Part shown: positions 8,239-18,251 of the stretch, piece by piece
Layout of the letters: the number at the start of each line of letters is the position of its first letter
Position numbering within the stretch: position 1 is the stretch's first letter
Position numbers and translations under genes: made by a program
NCBI GenBank assembly: GCA_021732385.1
Contig: JAKFVA010000009.1
Location: forward strand, 66,985 to 130,984
Length of the DNA: 64,000 nt
Direction: 5' to 3'
DNA from: Burkholderiales bacterium
GTDB taxonomy: Bacteria; Pseudomonadota; Gammaproteobacteria; Burkholderiales; Burkholderiaceae_C
The notes under the pieces: model-generated
The model's database searches: none
What the model was told of the DNA's origin: nothing
Seen by the model: the letters and a program-made list of their open reading frames with translations, nothing else

Positions 8239-10146
8239 ATGAGCACCACCCCCGATTCGGGCCCTGCCCAACCGCAATTGACTCCATCAGCCAGCCTGCT
8301 GGCCACGCTGACGCAAGAGCTGCTCGTCTTCGCGCCTTTCTCGCAAATGGCCGCCACAGACGTGCAAACCTTTTTGCGCGCCTGCGTGCAACGCTACCAC
8401 GCGCCAGGCGAGGTGCTGCTGGAGCCCGCCTCGGGCGTGGTGCGCGAGCTGCTGCTGGTGCGCCAGGGCGCGGTGCTGGGCGAGCCTGGCTTGTCCGAGC
8501 GCGACGGCGGGGCTTTTCAGTATGAGGCGGGCGACATGCTGCCCGTTAATGCCGCCATGGCAGCGCGCCCTGTAGCCACCCGCTACGTGGCGCTGCGCGA
8601 CACCTTTGTCCTGGCCTTGCCGGTGCACACCATGCACCAGCTTGCGCAAAGCAGCGTGCCGTTTGCCGATTTTCTGAGCCGCCGCATCTTGCAGTTTCTG
8701 GCGCTCTCGCGCCAAGCCTTGCAGGCCGACTATGCCTCGCGCACGCTGGCCAGCCAGACGCTGGAAGCGTCGCTGGGCACACTGGTGCGCGGCAAGCCCG
8801 TGACCTGCCTGCCAGACACGCCGCTGCGCCAGGCGCTGCTGCTCATGCGCGAGCAGCGCGTTGGCTCGGTGCTGGTCACCGACGCCAGCGGCGCGCTGCT
8901 GGGCATCTTCACGCGCTACGACGTGCTTAGCCGTGTGGCGCTGGAGCAGGCGCCGCTGGAGCGCCCGATTGCGCAGGTCATGACGCAGCCCGTGCATGCG
9001 CTGGAGGCCGACCGCAGCGCACACGACGCGGCGCTGTTGATGTCGCGCCTGGGCATACGCCATGTGCCGGTCACGCAAGGCGGCGCTCTGCTGGGCATGG
9101 TCTCTGAGCGCGACTTGTTTGCCATGCAACGCCAAAGTCTCAAGCAAGTCAGCCTGACCATACAAACCGCACGCCATGCCGATGAGCTGCCCGCTGCCGC
9201 CCAGGAGATACGCCAGTACGCGCACAGCCTGCTGGCGCAAGGCGTGCGGGCGCGCCAGATTACGGCGCTGGTCAGCCACATGAACGACCTGCTCACGCGC
9301 CGCCTGCTGGAACTCACCGCCGCGACTGCCGGGCTGAACCCGGCGCGCTTTTGCTGGCTTGCGCTCGGCTCTGAAGGGCGCATGGAGCAAACCGTGTCCA
9401 CCGACCAAGACAACGCGCTGATTCTGGCCGACGACATGGACGACACCGAGCACGCCCGCGTGCTGGCCTGGGCGCACCAAGTCAACCTGGCACTGGACGC
9501 CTGCGGCTATCCGCTGTGCACGGGCGGCATCATGGCCGGTAACCCCCCCTGCTGCCTGCGGCTGGCGCAGTGGCAGGCGCGCTTTGCCCAGTGGATGGCG
9601 CAGGGCACGCCCGCCGACCTGCTCAACGCCAGCATCTACTTTGATTTCAGACCGCTGTGGGGCGACGCCACGCTGTCGCACCAGCTGCGCCACAGCGTAA
9701 GTGCCACGGCACGCGAGACACCGCGCTTTTTACACCAGATGGCGCTCAATGCGCTGGGCCACAGCGCGCCGCTCAACTGGATGGGCAGCATTGACACCGA
9801 CGCGCAAGGGCGCATCGACGTCAAGCTGCAAGGCACGGCCATTTTTGTTGCGGTCGCTCGCGTCTATGCGCTGGCACAGGGCCTGAGCGCCACCAACACC
9901 TGCGAGCGGCTGGAAGCCGCGGGCCGGGCTTTTGGCCTGGCCGATGCCGAGTACACCGCGTGGTCGGGCGCGTTTGAGTTTTTACAGTTGCTGCGCCTGC
10001 GCCTGCAGTTGGAGGCGCACGACCCCGAGCAGCCCAATACGCTGCCGCTGGCCACGCTCAACGACATTGACCGGCGCATCCTGAAAGAAGCTTTTCGCTT
10101 TGCCAAGCGCCTGCAACAGCGCCTGCAACTGGATTACGAGCGATGA
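8239..10146 (+). CDS. Cyclic-nucleotide-binding / tandem CBS / DUF294-type (GlnD-like) nucleotidyltransferase signalling protein
   Basis: 635 aa. The N-terminal region is cNMP-binding-like. A CBS pair follows (VGSVLVTDASGALLGIFTRYDV; IRHVPVTQGGALLGMVSERDL). The nucleotidyltransferase motif is LGSEGRMEQTVSTDQDNALIL, and a C-terminal helical substrate-binding-like domain completes the protein. Confidence 0.85.
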   Translation: MSTTPDSGPAQPQLTPSASLLATLTQELLVFAPFSQMAATDVQTFLRACVQRYHAPGEVLLEPASGVVRELLLVRQGAVLGEPGLSERDGGAFQYEAGDMLPVNAAMAARPVATRYVALRDTFVLALPVHTMHQLAQSSVPFADFLSRRILQFLALSRQALQADYASRTLASQTLEASLGTLVRGKPVTCLPDTPLRQALLLMREQRVGSVLVTDASGALLGIFTRYDVLSRVALEQAPLERPIAQVMTQPVHALEADRSAHDAALLMSRLGIRHVPVTQGGALLGMVSERDLFAMQRQSLKQVSLTIQTARHADELPAAAQEIRQYAHSLLAQGVRARQITALVSHMNDLLTRRLLELTAATAGLNPARFCWLALGSEGRMEQTVSTDQDNALILADDMDDTEHARVLAWAHQVNLALDACGYPLCTGGIMAGNPPCCLRLAQWQARFAQWMAQGTPADLLNASIYFDFRPLWGDATLSHQLRHSVSATARETPRFLHQMALNALGHSAPLNWMGSIDTDAQGRIDVKLQGTAIFVAVARVYALAQGLSATNTCERLEAAGRAFGLADAEYTAWSGAFEFLQLLRLRLQLEAHDPEQPNTLPLATLNDIDRRILKEAFRFAKRLQQRLQLDYER

Positions 10147-10787
10147 GCTGGCGCAACTGGCTGGGGCGGCGCCGGCCACTGCCCGTCAATGAACAGCGCT
10201 GGCTGGTGATTGACGCCGAAACCAGTGGCCTGGACCCGCACCGTGACCGCCTCTTGGCGCTGGCCGCAGTGGCGCTGCGGGTGGACTGGACGCGCAAGAG
10301 CGTGGCGATTGACCCCGCCGACAGCTTTGAAGTGGTGCTGCGCCAGCAGCAAGGCTCCAGCAAGGACAACATCCTGCTGCACGGCATTGGCGTGCAAAGC
10401 CAGCTGGGCGGTCTGCCCGCCGCCCAGGCACTGGCGGCATTTGCGGCTTTTATCGGCGACTCGCCATTGCTGGCGTTTCACGCGGGTTTTGACCGCGAGC
10501 TGCTGGCGCGTTACGCGCAAAATGAACTCGGCCAAGCCTGGCCCAACCCCTGGGGCGACATCGAACACCTGTGTGCAGTCACCCACGAAAAAGTGCCGGC
10601 CCGCTCGCTCGATGAATGGCTGGCGCATTTTGGTCTGGCCTGCACGCACCGCCACCAAGCCGCAGCCGATGCCATGGCCGAAGCCGAATTGCTGCTGCGG
10701 GTGTGGCCGCGCGTGGCCGCGCAATGCCGCAACTGGCGTGATGTGCAACAACTCGCCACGCACCAGGACTGGCTGCGTCGCCAGTAG
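10143..10787 (+). CDS. DEDDh 3'-5' exonuclease (DNA Pol III epsilon-like)
   Basis: 214 aa. Exo I is VIDAETSGLDP, Exo II is LAFHAGFDRELL and Exo III is HQAAADAMAEAELL. Its ATG overlaps the stop of the DUF294 gene (ATGA). Confidence 0.85.
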   Translation: MSWRNWLGRRRPLPVNEQRWLVIDAETSGLDPHRDRLLALAAVALRVDWTRKSVAIDPADSFEVVLRQQQGSSKDNILLHGIGVQSQLGGLPAAQALAAFAAFIGDSPLLAFHAGFDRELLARYAQNELGQAWPNPWGDIEHLCAVTHEKVPARSLDEWLAHFGLACTHRHQAAADAMAEAELLLRVWPRVAAQCRNWRDVQQLATHQDWLRRQ

Positions 10788-10816
10788 CCGCACGCAGCGC
10801 CCAGGGACTAGATTAG

Positions 10817-13444
10817 TCAGGCTTCCACCGTCTCCGCCAAATCCGTGAATTCCTTGACTTGGTCAAAGTTGAGGTAGTTGTAAATCTTGCCGCTCTCGGC
10901 GCTGAGCACGCCCATGTCCGCCAAATACTCTGCTTTGGTTGGGATACGGCCAAGCTTGGAGCAAATCGCGGCCAACTCGGCTGATCCCAAGTACACATTG
11001 GCTCCTTTGCCCAAGCGATTCGGGAAATTGCGGGTGCTGGTGCTGAACACCGTAGCGCCTTCTTTGACCTGTGCTTGGTTGCCCATGCACAGACTGCAGC
11101 CGGGCATTTCCATGCGGGCACCGGCGCTGCCGAGCACGCCGTAGTGGCCTTCATCGCTGAGTTGTTTGGCATCCATCTTGGTGGGTGGGGCGACCCACAA
11201 TTTCACCGGAATGTCGCGCTTGTTTTCCAGCAGTTTGCTGGCGGCGCGGAAGTGGCCGATGTTGGTCATGCAACTGCCAATGAATACTTCGTCGATCTTG
11301 GCACCGGCTACGTCGGCCAGGGTTTTCACATCGTCGGGGTCGTTCGGGCAGGCGACGATGGGCTCGTGGATGTCGGCCAAATCAATCTCGATCACGGCGT
11401 CGTACTGCGCATCGGCGTCGGCCTTCATGAGCACGGGGTTGGCCAGCCAGGCTTCCATGGCGGCGATGCGGCGCTTGATGGTGCGCACATCGGAATACCC
11501 TGTGGCAATCATCCACTTGAGCATGGTGATGTTGCTGGTGATGTATTCCATGATGGGCGCTTTGTCCAGGTGCACGGTGCAGCCGGCGGCGCTGCGCTCG
11601 GCCGAGGCGTCGCTGAGTTCAAAGGCTTGCTCCACCTTCAAATTGGGCAGGCCTTCAATCTCCAGGATGCGGCCCGAGAAGATGTTCTTTTTGCCCTGCT
11701 TGGCCACTGTGAGCAGACCGGCTTTGATGGCGTAGAGCGGAATGGCGTTGACCAGATCGCGCAAGGTCACGCCAGGCTGCATGGCACCTTTGAAGCGCAC
11801 CAGCACGCTGCCGGGCATGTCCAGCGGCATCACGCCGGTGGCAGCGGCAAAGGCCACCAAACCCGAGCCTGCCGGGAAGCTGATGCCAATGGGAAAGCGG
11901 GTGTGGCTGTCGCCGCCGGTGCCCACGGTGTCGGGCAGCAGCATGCGGTTGAGCCAACTGTGAATGATGCCGTCGCCAGGGCGCAGCGGGATGCCACCGC
12001 GGTCGGTCATGAAGGCGGGCAACTCGTGGTGCATCTTCACGTCGACCGGTTTGGGGTAAGCGGCGGTGTGGCAAAAGGACTGCATCACCAGGTCGGCGCT
12101 GAAACCCAGGCAAGCCAGGTCTTTGAGTTCGTCGCGGGTCATGGGGCCGGTGGTGTCTTGCGAGCCTACCGAAGTCATCTTCGGTTCACAGTACGTGCCA
12201 GGCAATACCCCCTGCCCTTCTGGCAAACCGCAGGCGCGGCCCACCATTTTTTGCGCGAGGGTATAGCCCTTGGTCGTAGCTGCGGGGTTTTGCGGCAGGC
12301 GAAACAAAGTGGACGTGGGCAAGCCCAGCGCCTCGCGCGCCTTGGCGGTCAGGCCGCGGCCAATAATCAGTGGGATGCGGCCACCGGCACGCACCTCGTC
12401 AAACAACACGTCGCTTTTAAGCTTGAACTCGGCAATGACCTGTCCGCCTTTGAGCGCCTTGCCTTCGTAAGGGCGCAGCTCGACCACGTCGCCCATGCGC
12501 ATCTGGCTCACGTCCAGCTCAATGGGCAGCGCGCCTGCGTCCTCCATGGTGTTATAGAAAATCGGCGCGATCTTGGCGCCTAGGCAGACGCCGCCAAAGC
12601 GCTTGTTGGGCACAAAGGGAATGTCGGCGCCGGTGAACCACAGCACGCTGTTGGTGGCTGATTTGCGGCTGGAGCCGGTGCCCACCACGTCGCCCGCATA
12701 GGCCACCAGGCTGCCTTTTTGGTCGGCCTCGGTGCGCAGAGTTTCAATGAATTTGATGGGGCCGCGCTTGCCATCTTCTTCGGGTGCGGCTTCAAACGGC
12801 ATGCCCTCGCGCTTGTTTTTGAGCATGGCTAAGGCATGCAGCGGAATATCAGGGCGGCTGAAGGCGTCGGGCGCGGGAGAAAGGTCGTCGGTATTGGTTT
12901 CGCCGGTGACCTTGAAAATGCGCACGGTAATGCGCTGTGGCACTTCAGGGCGGCTGGTGAACCATTCAGCATCAGCCCAGCTTTGCAGCACGGTTTTGGC
13001 ATGCGGATTGCCTTTGTCGGCCTTGTCCTTGACGTCGTGGAACTGGTCGAACATCAGCAGGGTTTTCTTCAGGCCGCTGGCGGCCACTTGCGCCACCGTG
13101 CCGTGCGCCGAGTCGAGCAATTCGACCAGCGGGCTGATGTTGTAGCCGCCCAGCATGGTGCCAAGCAGTTCGGTGGCTTTTTCGCGGCTGATCAAGGCGC
13201 ATTTTTCAGTGCCGTGGGCCACAGCGGCGAGGTAGCTGGCTTTGACTTTGGCAGCGGCGTCTACACCAGCAGGGACGCGATGGGTAATCAAGTCCACCAA
13301 GGTAGCTTCCTCGCCAGCAGGCGGGGTTTTAAGCAGCTCAATCAGTTCGCCAGTTTGCGTGGCCGACAGCGGCAGCGCAGGAATACCCAGGGCAGCGCGC
13401 TCGGCCACATGGGCGCGGTAAGTGGTCAAAAAGCTGGACGGCAT
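10817..13444 (-). CDS. acnB: Aconitate hydratase B (bifunctional aconitase 2 / 2-methylisocitrate dehydratase)
   Basis: 875 aa. The AcnB-specific N-terminus is [29 protein letters not shown]. Fe-S ligand contexts are [22 protein letters not shown] and IGSCMTN. Confidence 0.95.
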   Translation of the reverse strand: MPSSFLTTYRAHVAERAALGIPALPLSATQTGELIELLKTPPAGEEATLVDLITHRVPAGVDAAAKVKASYLAAVAHGTEKCALISREKATELLGTMLGGYNISPLVELLDSAHGTVAQVAASGLKKTLLMFDQFHDVKDKADKGNPHAKTVLQSWADAEWFTSRPEVPQRITVRIFKVTGETNTDDLSPAPDAFSRPDIPLHALAMLKNKREGMPFEAAPEEDGKRGPIKFIETLRTEADQKGSLVAYAGDVVGTGSSRKSATNSVLWFTGADIPFVPNKRFGGVCLGAKIAPIFYNTMEDAGALPIELDVSQMRMGDVVELRPYEGKALKGGQVIAEFKLKSDVLFDEVRAGGRIPLIIGRGLTAKAREALGLPTSTLFRLPQNPAATTKGYTLAQKMVGRACGLPEGQGVLPGTYCEPKMTSVGSQDTTGPMTRDELKDLACLGFSADLVMQSFCHTAAYPKPVDVKMHHELPAFMTDRGGIPLRPGDGIIHSWLNRMLLPDTVGTGGDSHTRFPIGISFPAGSGLVAFAAATGVMPLDMPGSVLVRFKGAMQPGVTLRDLVNAIPLYAIKAGLLTVAKQGKKNIFSGRILEIEGLPNLKVEQAFELSDASAERSAAGCTVHLDKAPIMEYITSNITMLKWMIATGYSDVRTIKRRIAAMEAWLANPVLMKADADAQYDAVIEIDLADIHEPIVACPNDPDDVKTLADVAGAKIDEVFIGSCMTNIGHFRAASKLLENKRDIPVKLWVAPPTKMDAKQLSDEGHYGVLGSAGARMEMPGCSLCMGNQAQVKEGATVFSTSTRNFPNRLGKGANVYLGSAELAAICSKLGRIPTKAEYLADMGVLSAESGKIYNYLNFDQVKEFTDLAETVEA

Positions 13445-13485
13445 GGTTTTCTCCTAAATGGCTAGGGTCGGATGGATAAAAAATG

Positions 13486-14238
13486 TTATTTGGCAACAGG
13501 GCTGGGCTCAATGGCAGGCGCAACCGTAACAGGCGCTGCTGAACTGGCAGCTGGCGCACTGGCGGGCGCGCTGTCCGGCGCAACAATTGGTGCTGAGGCT
13601 GGCGCAGCTACCGGCGGTGGCAGCGTTACGTCAGCCTGGCTCGGCACGCGCAGATTGCTGGGTTGGGGTACGCTGTCGAGCAGGCCAATGGGCGGTGCCA
13701 GTTTCAGTGCAGCAGCCACCTGGGCCTGCTGCGGACTCATGCATTCATCTGCCAAGCGTTGGCCAAGCCGGGCGTTCATCAGCATTGATTTGTTGCCCAG
13801 TTGCAGCCAGACAGCACCGGATTTCTTATCTTCCAGCCGGATGGCTCCCGTGGTGGTGGCCACCGGAAACATGCGGAACTTGAGTTTTCTCAGCTGTACA
13901 TCAAAGTAGCCTGGGGAAGCTGGGTCGGCAGTCAAGGTGACGCTCTCGCCCAGCTCACAGGGCAGTTGACCAACGTGAACGCGGTCGGCCACCGCCAGCT
14001 CTTCAGGTGTTAACGCCAGGTCTGCGGCCACCACGGCAGCTGCCAGGCTTTTAGCCTCTGACTTGAGCTGCGCACGCTCTGGCGATACCGGCGGCCTCGC
14101 AGTCCGTTTAGGTACTGGTTTGTTGGCAATGGCGGGCGCAGCGCTGGCGGGCGTTTGGGCACGCACTGCGGCTGCCTCGCCCAACAGCAAAGCCAGGGCC
14201 AAGGGAATGGCAGCAATTGTCAATAAGGGTTTGTTCAA
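13486..14238 (-). CDS. Exported hypothetical protein (signal peptide, Pro/Ala-rich ends)
   Basis: The ORF is 13486-14433. The likely start is the TTG at 14238, preceded by ggaga. The N-terminus LNKPLLTIAAIPLALALLLGEAAAVRAQT looks like a Sec signal. I recognise no family motif. The gene sits between the citE-like gene and acnB on the same strand. Confidence 0.5.
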   Translation of the reverse strand: MNKPLLTIAAIPLALALLLGEAAAVRAQTPASAAPAIANKPVPKRTARPPVSPERAQLKSEAKSLAAAVVAADLALTPEELAVADRVHVGQLPCELGESVTLTADPASPGYFDVQLRKLKFRMFPVATTTGAIRLEDKKSGAVWLQLGNKSMLMNARLGQRLADECMSPQQAQVAAALKLAPPIGLLDSVPQPSNLRVPSQADVTLPPPVAAPASAPIVAPDSAPASAPAASSAAPVTVAPAIEPSPVAK

Positions 14239-14281
14239 ACGTATCTCCAGTTGCGTATTCAACAGTGTGCCGTTGAGCGCG

Positions 14282-15310
14282 TCAATGCGCTGCGTCAGCC
14301 ACAAAAAAAGAGCTTGCTTGAAGTGGTAAAGCCTGACCAGTTTGGTGGGCACGCTCCAACACCTGCCAGTAGTAACGGTAGCTGGCGCGGTCGTGCAGCT
14401 TGCGATTAAAACTGATGGGTTCCCAGTTTGCACTGAAGGCTTTAGCTATTATTTCAGTAGCGTCATGAATTTCAGATTCAGTTGGCGCAAACGCCGCCAA
14501 AATTGGCCTGATCTGGCTGGGGTGAATGCTCCACATGCGGGTGTAACCGAGCTGCGTAGCGGCCAGCCGGGCTGCGCGCTGCACACGGGTCAGATCGTTG
14601 AACTCAGTGACCACACAATGCGCGGGGACTTTGCCGTGCGCGTGGCAGGCAGCAGCTATTTCAAGCTTAGCACGCCGCACCAGCGGGTGGGTAAATTGAT
14701 CAAATGGCGCGTCAGCCAGTGCAGCGCCGCCAGCATCTGCCAGCGTCATGGCCGAAGCCGGAATGGCCCCGCCGTGAGCCGAAACAAAATCCATCAGGCC
14801 AAAACTCAGGGACTGCACTGCCGGGTGCGCTGCAATGGCGAAGGCGTGGTGCACGGCGGCGGCTGACTCTATCAAAACATGCAGCGGCAGGGGTTGGCTG
14901 CCAGCGGCTTGCACTGCTTGAATGGCCTGCTCCACATCGGCCACCGATTCGACCTTGGGCACCATCACATGGCACAGCCGGTGGCCCGCCCGTCTCACAA
15001 TGGTGTGAACGTCGGCCTCAAAAGCCGGGTGATCAACCGGGTGCACCCGCACAGCCACCCGGGCTCGGGGCGGCGCAGACAACGCAATTTCAGCTACCAG
15101 CGCGGCATGCTCTGCCTCGCTACCCACGGCCGCGCCGTCTTCGCAGTCTAGCGTTACGTCGAACACGCAGGCGCCAAACTCTTGTGTCATCTCGGCCTGC
15201 AATTGCAGGCTTTTGCGCATGCGCTGCTCGGTGCCGCAGTAGTGGTCGCATACAGGGATGGCAATACCACCCCCCTGTGCGCCCAGCAGAACCTCGCGTG
15301 GGTGTTTCAC
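14282..15310 (-). CDS. HpcH/HpaI-family CoA-ester lyase (citrate lyase beta / CitE-like)
   Basis: 342 aa. Motifs [26 protein letters not shown] and WSIHPSQI are typical of CitE / malyl-CoA-lyase-like enzymes. Confidence 0.8.
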   Translation of the reverse strand: MKHPREVLLGAQGGGIAIPVCDHYCGTEQRMRKSLQLQAEMTQEFGACVFDVTLDCEDGAAVGSEAEHAALVAEIALSAPPRARVAVRVHPVDHPAFEADVHTIVRRAGHRLCHVMVPKVESVADVEQAIQAVQAAGSQPLPLHVLIESAAAVHHAFAIAAHPAVQSLSFGLMDFVSAHGGAIPASAMTLADAGGAALADAPFDQFTHPLVRRAKLEIAAACHAHGKVPAHCVVTEFNDLTRVQRAARLAATQLGYTRMWSIHPSQIRPILAAFAPTESEIHDATEIIAKAFSANWEPISFNRKLHDRASYRYYWQVLERAHQTGQALPLQASSFFVADAAH

Positions 15311-15319
15311 TGAATCGGC

Positions 15320-16306
15320 TTACAGCAGGTGTTTGACGCCGTCGGCCTCACCCTGCAGCTCGGCCAGAGTCTTGTCGATGCAGGTTTGGCTGAAAGTATC
15401 AATCGGCAGGTCTTTGACCAAGGTGTACTCACCGCCAGCGCAGGTGACGGGAAAACCAAACATGACGTCTTTGGGTATGCCGTACTGGCCGTCCGATGGA
15501 ATACCCATGGTGACCCACTTGCCGTTTGTGCCGAGCGCCCAGTCGCGCATGTGGTCGATGGCGGCGTTGGCCGCCGAGGCGGCAGACGACAGGCCACGCG
15601 CTTCAATGATGGCAGCGCCGCGCTTGCCTACCGTAGGCAAGAAGGTGTTGGCATTCCACTCCTGGTCGTTGATCATCTTGGCAACGCTGTCGCCTTTGAT
15701 GGTGGCAAAACGGTAGTCTGCGTACATGGTGGGCGAGTGGTTGCCCCAGACGGCGAGTTTTTCAATATCAGCCACGGCCTTGCCGGTTTTGGCGGCAATC
15801 TGGCTGGCGGCGCGGTTGTGGTCCAGCCGCAGCATGGCAGTGAAGTTTTTGCGTGGCAGATCGGGGGCGCTTTTCATGGCGATATACGCATTGGTATTGG
15901 CTGGGTTGCCGACCACCAACACCTTGACGTTACGCGAAGCAACGGCATTCAGCGCCTTGCCCTGTGCGGTGAAGATCTGGCCGTTGATGGCCAGCAATTC
16001 GGCGCGCTCCATACCAGCTTTGCGCGGCATAGAGCCCACTAGCAATGCGTAGTCGGTGTCCTTGAAAGCGGTCATCGGGTCGCTGTGGGCTTCCATGCCA
16101 ACCAGCAACGGAAAGGCGCAATCATCGAGCTCCATCATCACGCCCTTGAGCGCTTTTTGTGGGCCCTCAACAGGCACCTCCAGCAGTTGCAGGATAACGG
16201 GCTGGTCTTTGCCCAACATTTCGCCCGAGGCAATGCGAAACAACAGGGCGTAACCAATTTGACCAGCGGCTCCAGTGACGGCAACGCGAACGGGCTTCTT
16301 ACTCAT
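15320..16306 (-). CDS. mdh: Malate dehydrogenase
   Basis: 328 aa. [50 protein letters not shown] and WGNHS identify the LDH-like MDH type. A GGAG SD precedes the start. Confidence 0.95.
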   Translation of the reverse strand: MSKKPVRVAVTGAAGQIGYALLFRIASGEMLGKDQPVILQLLEVPVEGPQKALKGVMMELDDCAFPLLVGMEAHSDPMTAFKDTDYALLVGSMPRKAGMERAELLAINGQIFTAQGKALNAVASRNVKVLVVGNPANTNAYIAMKSAPDLPRKNFTAMLRLDHNRAASQIAAKTGKAVADIEKLAVWGNHSPTMYADYRFATIKGDSVAKMINDQEWNANTFLPTVGKRGAAIIEARGLSSAASAANAAIDHMRDWALGTNGKWVTMGIPSDGQYGIPKDVMFGFPVTCAGGEYTLVKDLPIDTFSQTCIDKTLAELQGEADGVKHLL

Positions 16307-16452
16307 TGGGAAAACTCCAGAAATGAAAGGTTGAAATCAGGTGAATGTGAAGAAACTGAAATTGCAGCAGCTGCTTGGTGCCGAAAAACCAGCTTACGGC
16401 ATTGTTGAACGCTTATTTTATCCATAAAGCACTCTAATGCGTCTTGTCTTAT

Positions 16453-16466
16453 GTCTTATATAAGAT
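16453..16466. promoter_or_regulatory. Candidate GntR/HutC-type operator palindrome GTCTTA-TA-TAAGAT
   Basis: A perfect 12-bp palindrome tcttatataaga lies at 16454-16465, about 40 bp upstream of the gntR start and inside the mdh/gntR divergent region. gtctt is repeated three times at 16441-16457. The same hexamers TAAGAT (17371-17376) and GTCTTA (17394-17399) recur upstream of sdhC. Confidence 0.35.
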
Positions 16467-16503
16467 ATGATTTCGTCAGCTGACTTTTAACTTCAACGGC
16501 ACC

Positions 16504-17295
16504 ATGCAAACCACCTCCGCTCCTGCTGATGGCGCCGCCTGGGCAATGGAGAGCGGCGCGCCCGCATTCAGTCCGCTGTACCAGCAAATCAAGGCCTTGA
16601 TGGTGCAAAGCCTGGAAGCCGGTGAATGGAAGCCGGGCGAAGCCATTCCCAGTGAAATAGACCTGGCCTCGCGTTTTCGCGTTAGTCAAGGCACGGTACG
16701 CAAGGCTGTTGACGAACTGGCCGCTGAAAACTTGGTGATGCGCCGGCAAGGCAGGGGCACATTTGTAGCTACCCACGCCGAGCAGCATGTGCAATACCGA
16801 TTTTTGCGTTTGGTGCCAGACACTGCTGGCACTGCAGGCAACGACGCCATGCAACGCGAAATAGTGGATTTCAAACGCCTGCGAGCCAGCGCCGATGTGG
16901 CACGTGCCCTGGCATTGCGCACCTCGGACGCCGTATTGCAGGTGCGACGTGTGTTGTCTTTGCCGCGGCAAGGCGGCTTTGTACCCACTATTTTGGAAGA
17001 CCTTTGGCTACCCGGCAACTCATTCAAGGGTTTGACTGCGCAGCGACTAGCCGACTATCGTGGCGCCATGTACGCACTGTTTGAGCTGGAGTTTGGCATG
17101 CGCATGGTGCGCGCTGTAGAAAAAATTCGCGCTGTCTTGCCTGATAAAACGCAAACAGCGTTGTTGAAGGTCGCCCCCGGCACGCCGCTGCTGAGCGTGG
17201 AGCGCATTGCCTACACCTACAACGACACACCGATTGAGCTGCGTCGGGGCCTATACCGCACGGACGATCATCACTACCGCAACGAATTGAGCTAA
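16504..17295 (+). CDS. GntR-family (HutC/UTRA subfamily) transcriptional regulator
   Basis: 263 aa. The wHTH is LYQQIKALMVQSLEAGEWKPGEAIPSEIDLASRFRVSQGTVRKAVDELAAENLVMRRQGRGTFV, followed by a C-terminal UTRA-like effector domain. Confidence 0.9.
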   Translation: MQTTSAPADGAAWAMESGAPAFSPLYQQIKALMVQSLEAGEWKPGEAIPSEIDLASRFRVSQGTVRKAVDELAAENLVMRRQGRGTFVATHAEQHVQYRFLRLVPDTAGTAGNDAMQREIVDFKRLRASADVARALALRTSDAVLQVRRVLSLPRQGGFVPTILEDLWLPGNSFKGLTAQRLADYRGAMYALFELEFGMRMVRAVEKIRAVLPDKTQTALLKVAPGTPLLSVERIAYTYNDTPIELRRGLYRTDDHHYRNELS

Positions 17296-17429
17296 CCCCG
17301 CGTATGCACCCAACTTTAAGGTGCAAAATCCCCAAATAAACTTATTTTCGAACCCTTTGGTGCATTGCAATAAGATTACCGTATGCAGTGACAGTCTTAC
17401 TGCGCCTCTCACCCAAGAAAGCCCATGAC

Positions 17430-17867
17430 ATGACGCTCGCAGTCAAAAAAAGTCGGCCTGAGTTCCGCAACATCAACGCTTTCACCGACCTGACCACCTA
17501 CCGTTTGCCTGCGGCAGGATTTGTGTCCATCTTGCACCGTATTAGCGGTGCCATCATGTTTTTACTGATGCCTTTCATCATCTGGCTGTTTGACACCTCG
17601 GTTTCATCAGAAATCTCGTTTCAGAAATTCAAGGCCGCTTTCAATGTGGGCATGCTGGGCTTGCCTGGCGTAATTTGGAAATTGGTGGCACTGGCGCTGA
17701 TTTGGGCCTTTGTGCACCACTTCATTGCTGGTCTGCGCCACTTGTATATGGACGTGAGCCACACCGCAGTGAGCAAAGAATTCGGCACCAGTTCGGCAAT
17801 GGTGACGCTGATTAGCGGCACGCTCATTACATTGGCACTGGCCGCCAAATTGTTCGGTTTTTACTAA
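17430..17867 (+). CDS. sdhC: Succinate dehydrogenase cytochrome b556 subunit
   Basis: The ATG at 17430 begins MTLAVKKSRPEF. It carries the heme-ligand context SILHRISG and three TM segments. The ORF track starts at an upstream GTG at 17388. Confidence 0.85.
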   Translation: MTLAVKKSRPEFRNINAFTDLTTYRLPAAGFVSILHRISGAIMFLLMPFIIWLFDTSVSSEISFQKFKAAFNVGMLGLPGVIWKLVALALIWAFVHHFIAGLRHLYMDVSHTAVSKEFGTSSAMVTLISGTLITLALAAKLFGFY

Positions 17868-17882
17868 TTACAGGCAGGCACC

Positions 17883-18248
17883 ATGTCCGTTAATTTCGGC
17901 TCCAAACGCATCGTCACCGGTGCGCATTACGGTATGCGTGACTGGCTCAGCCAGCGCGTTACTGCGGCCTTGATGGCTATTTTTACTTTTATCGTCTTGG
18001 TCCAGGTCATTTTTACCAAGGGTCCTGTCAGTTACGACAGTTGGTCGGGGATTTTTTCGGCGCAATGGATGAAGGTGCTGACCTTCGTGGTAATCGTTTC
18101 GCTGCTGTATCACGCCTGGGTTGGGGTGCGGGATATCTGGATGGACTACATCAAACCCGTTGCCCTTCGCCTGTCACTGCAAATTTTGTCCATCGTCTGG
18201 CTCGTTGGCTGCGCGGGTTGGGCCATCCAAGTTCTCTGGAGGCTTTAA
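17883..18248 (+). CDS. sdhD: Succinate dehydrogenase hydrophobic membrane anchor subunit
   Basis: 121 aa with three TM helices, between sdhC and sdhA. It contains the YHAWVGVRDI motif typical of SdhD. Confidence 0.85.
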   Translation: MSVNFGSKRIVTGAHYGMRDWLSQRVTAALMAIFTFIVLVQVIFTKGPVSYDSWSGIFSAQWMKVLTFVVIVSLLYHAWVGVRDIWMDYIKPVALRLSLQILSIVWLVGCAGWAIQVLWRL

Positions 18249-18251
18249 ACC

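Noticed and set aside
8287-9693. 468-aa ORF antisense to the DUF294 gene
   Set aside because: It is the shadow frame of a ~75% GC gene. The translation is Arg/Ala/Gly/His/Gln-rich with no recognisable motif. The opposite strand encodes a protein with clear cNMP/CBS/NTase motifs.
11075-12583. 502-aa ORF antisense to acnB
   Set aside because: AcnB on the minus strand is unambiguous. The antisense translation is Gly/His/Ala/Val-rich without motifs.
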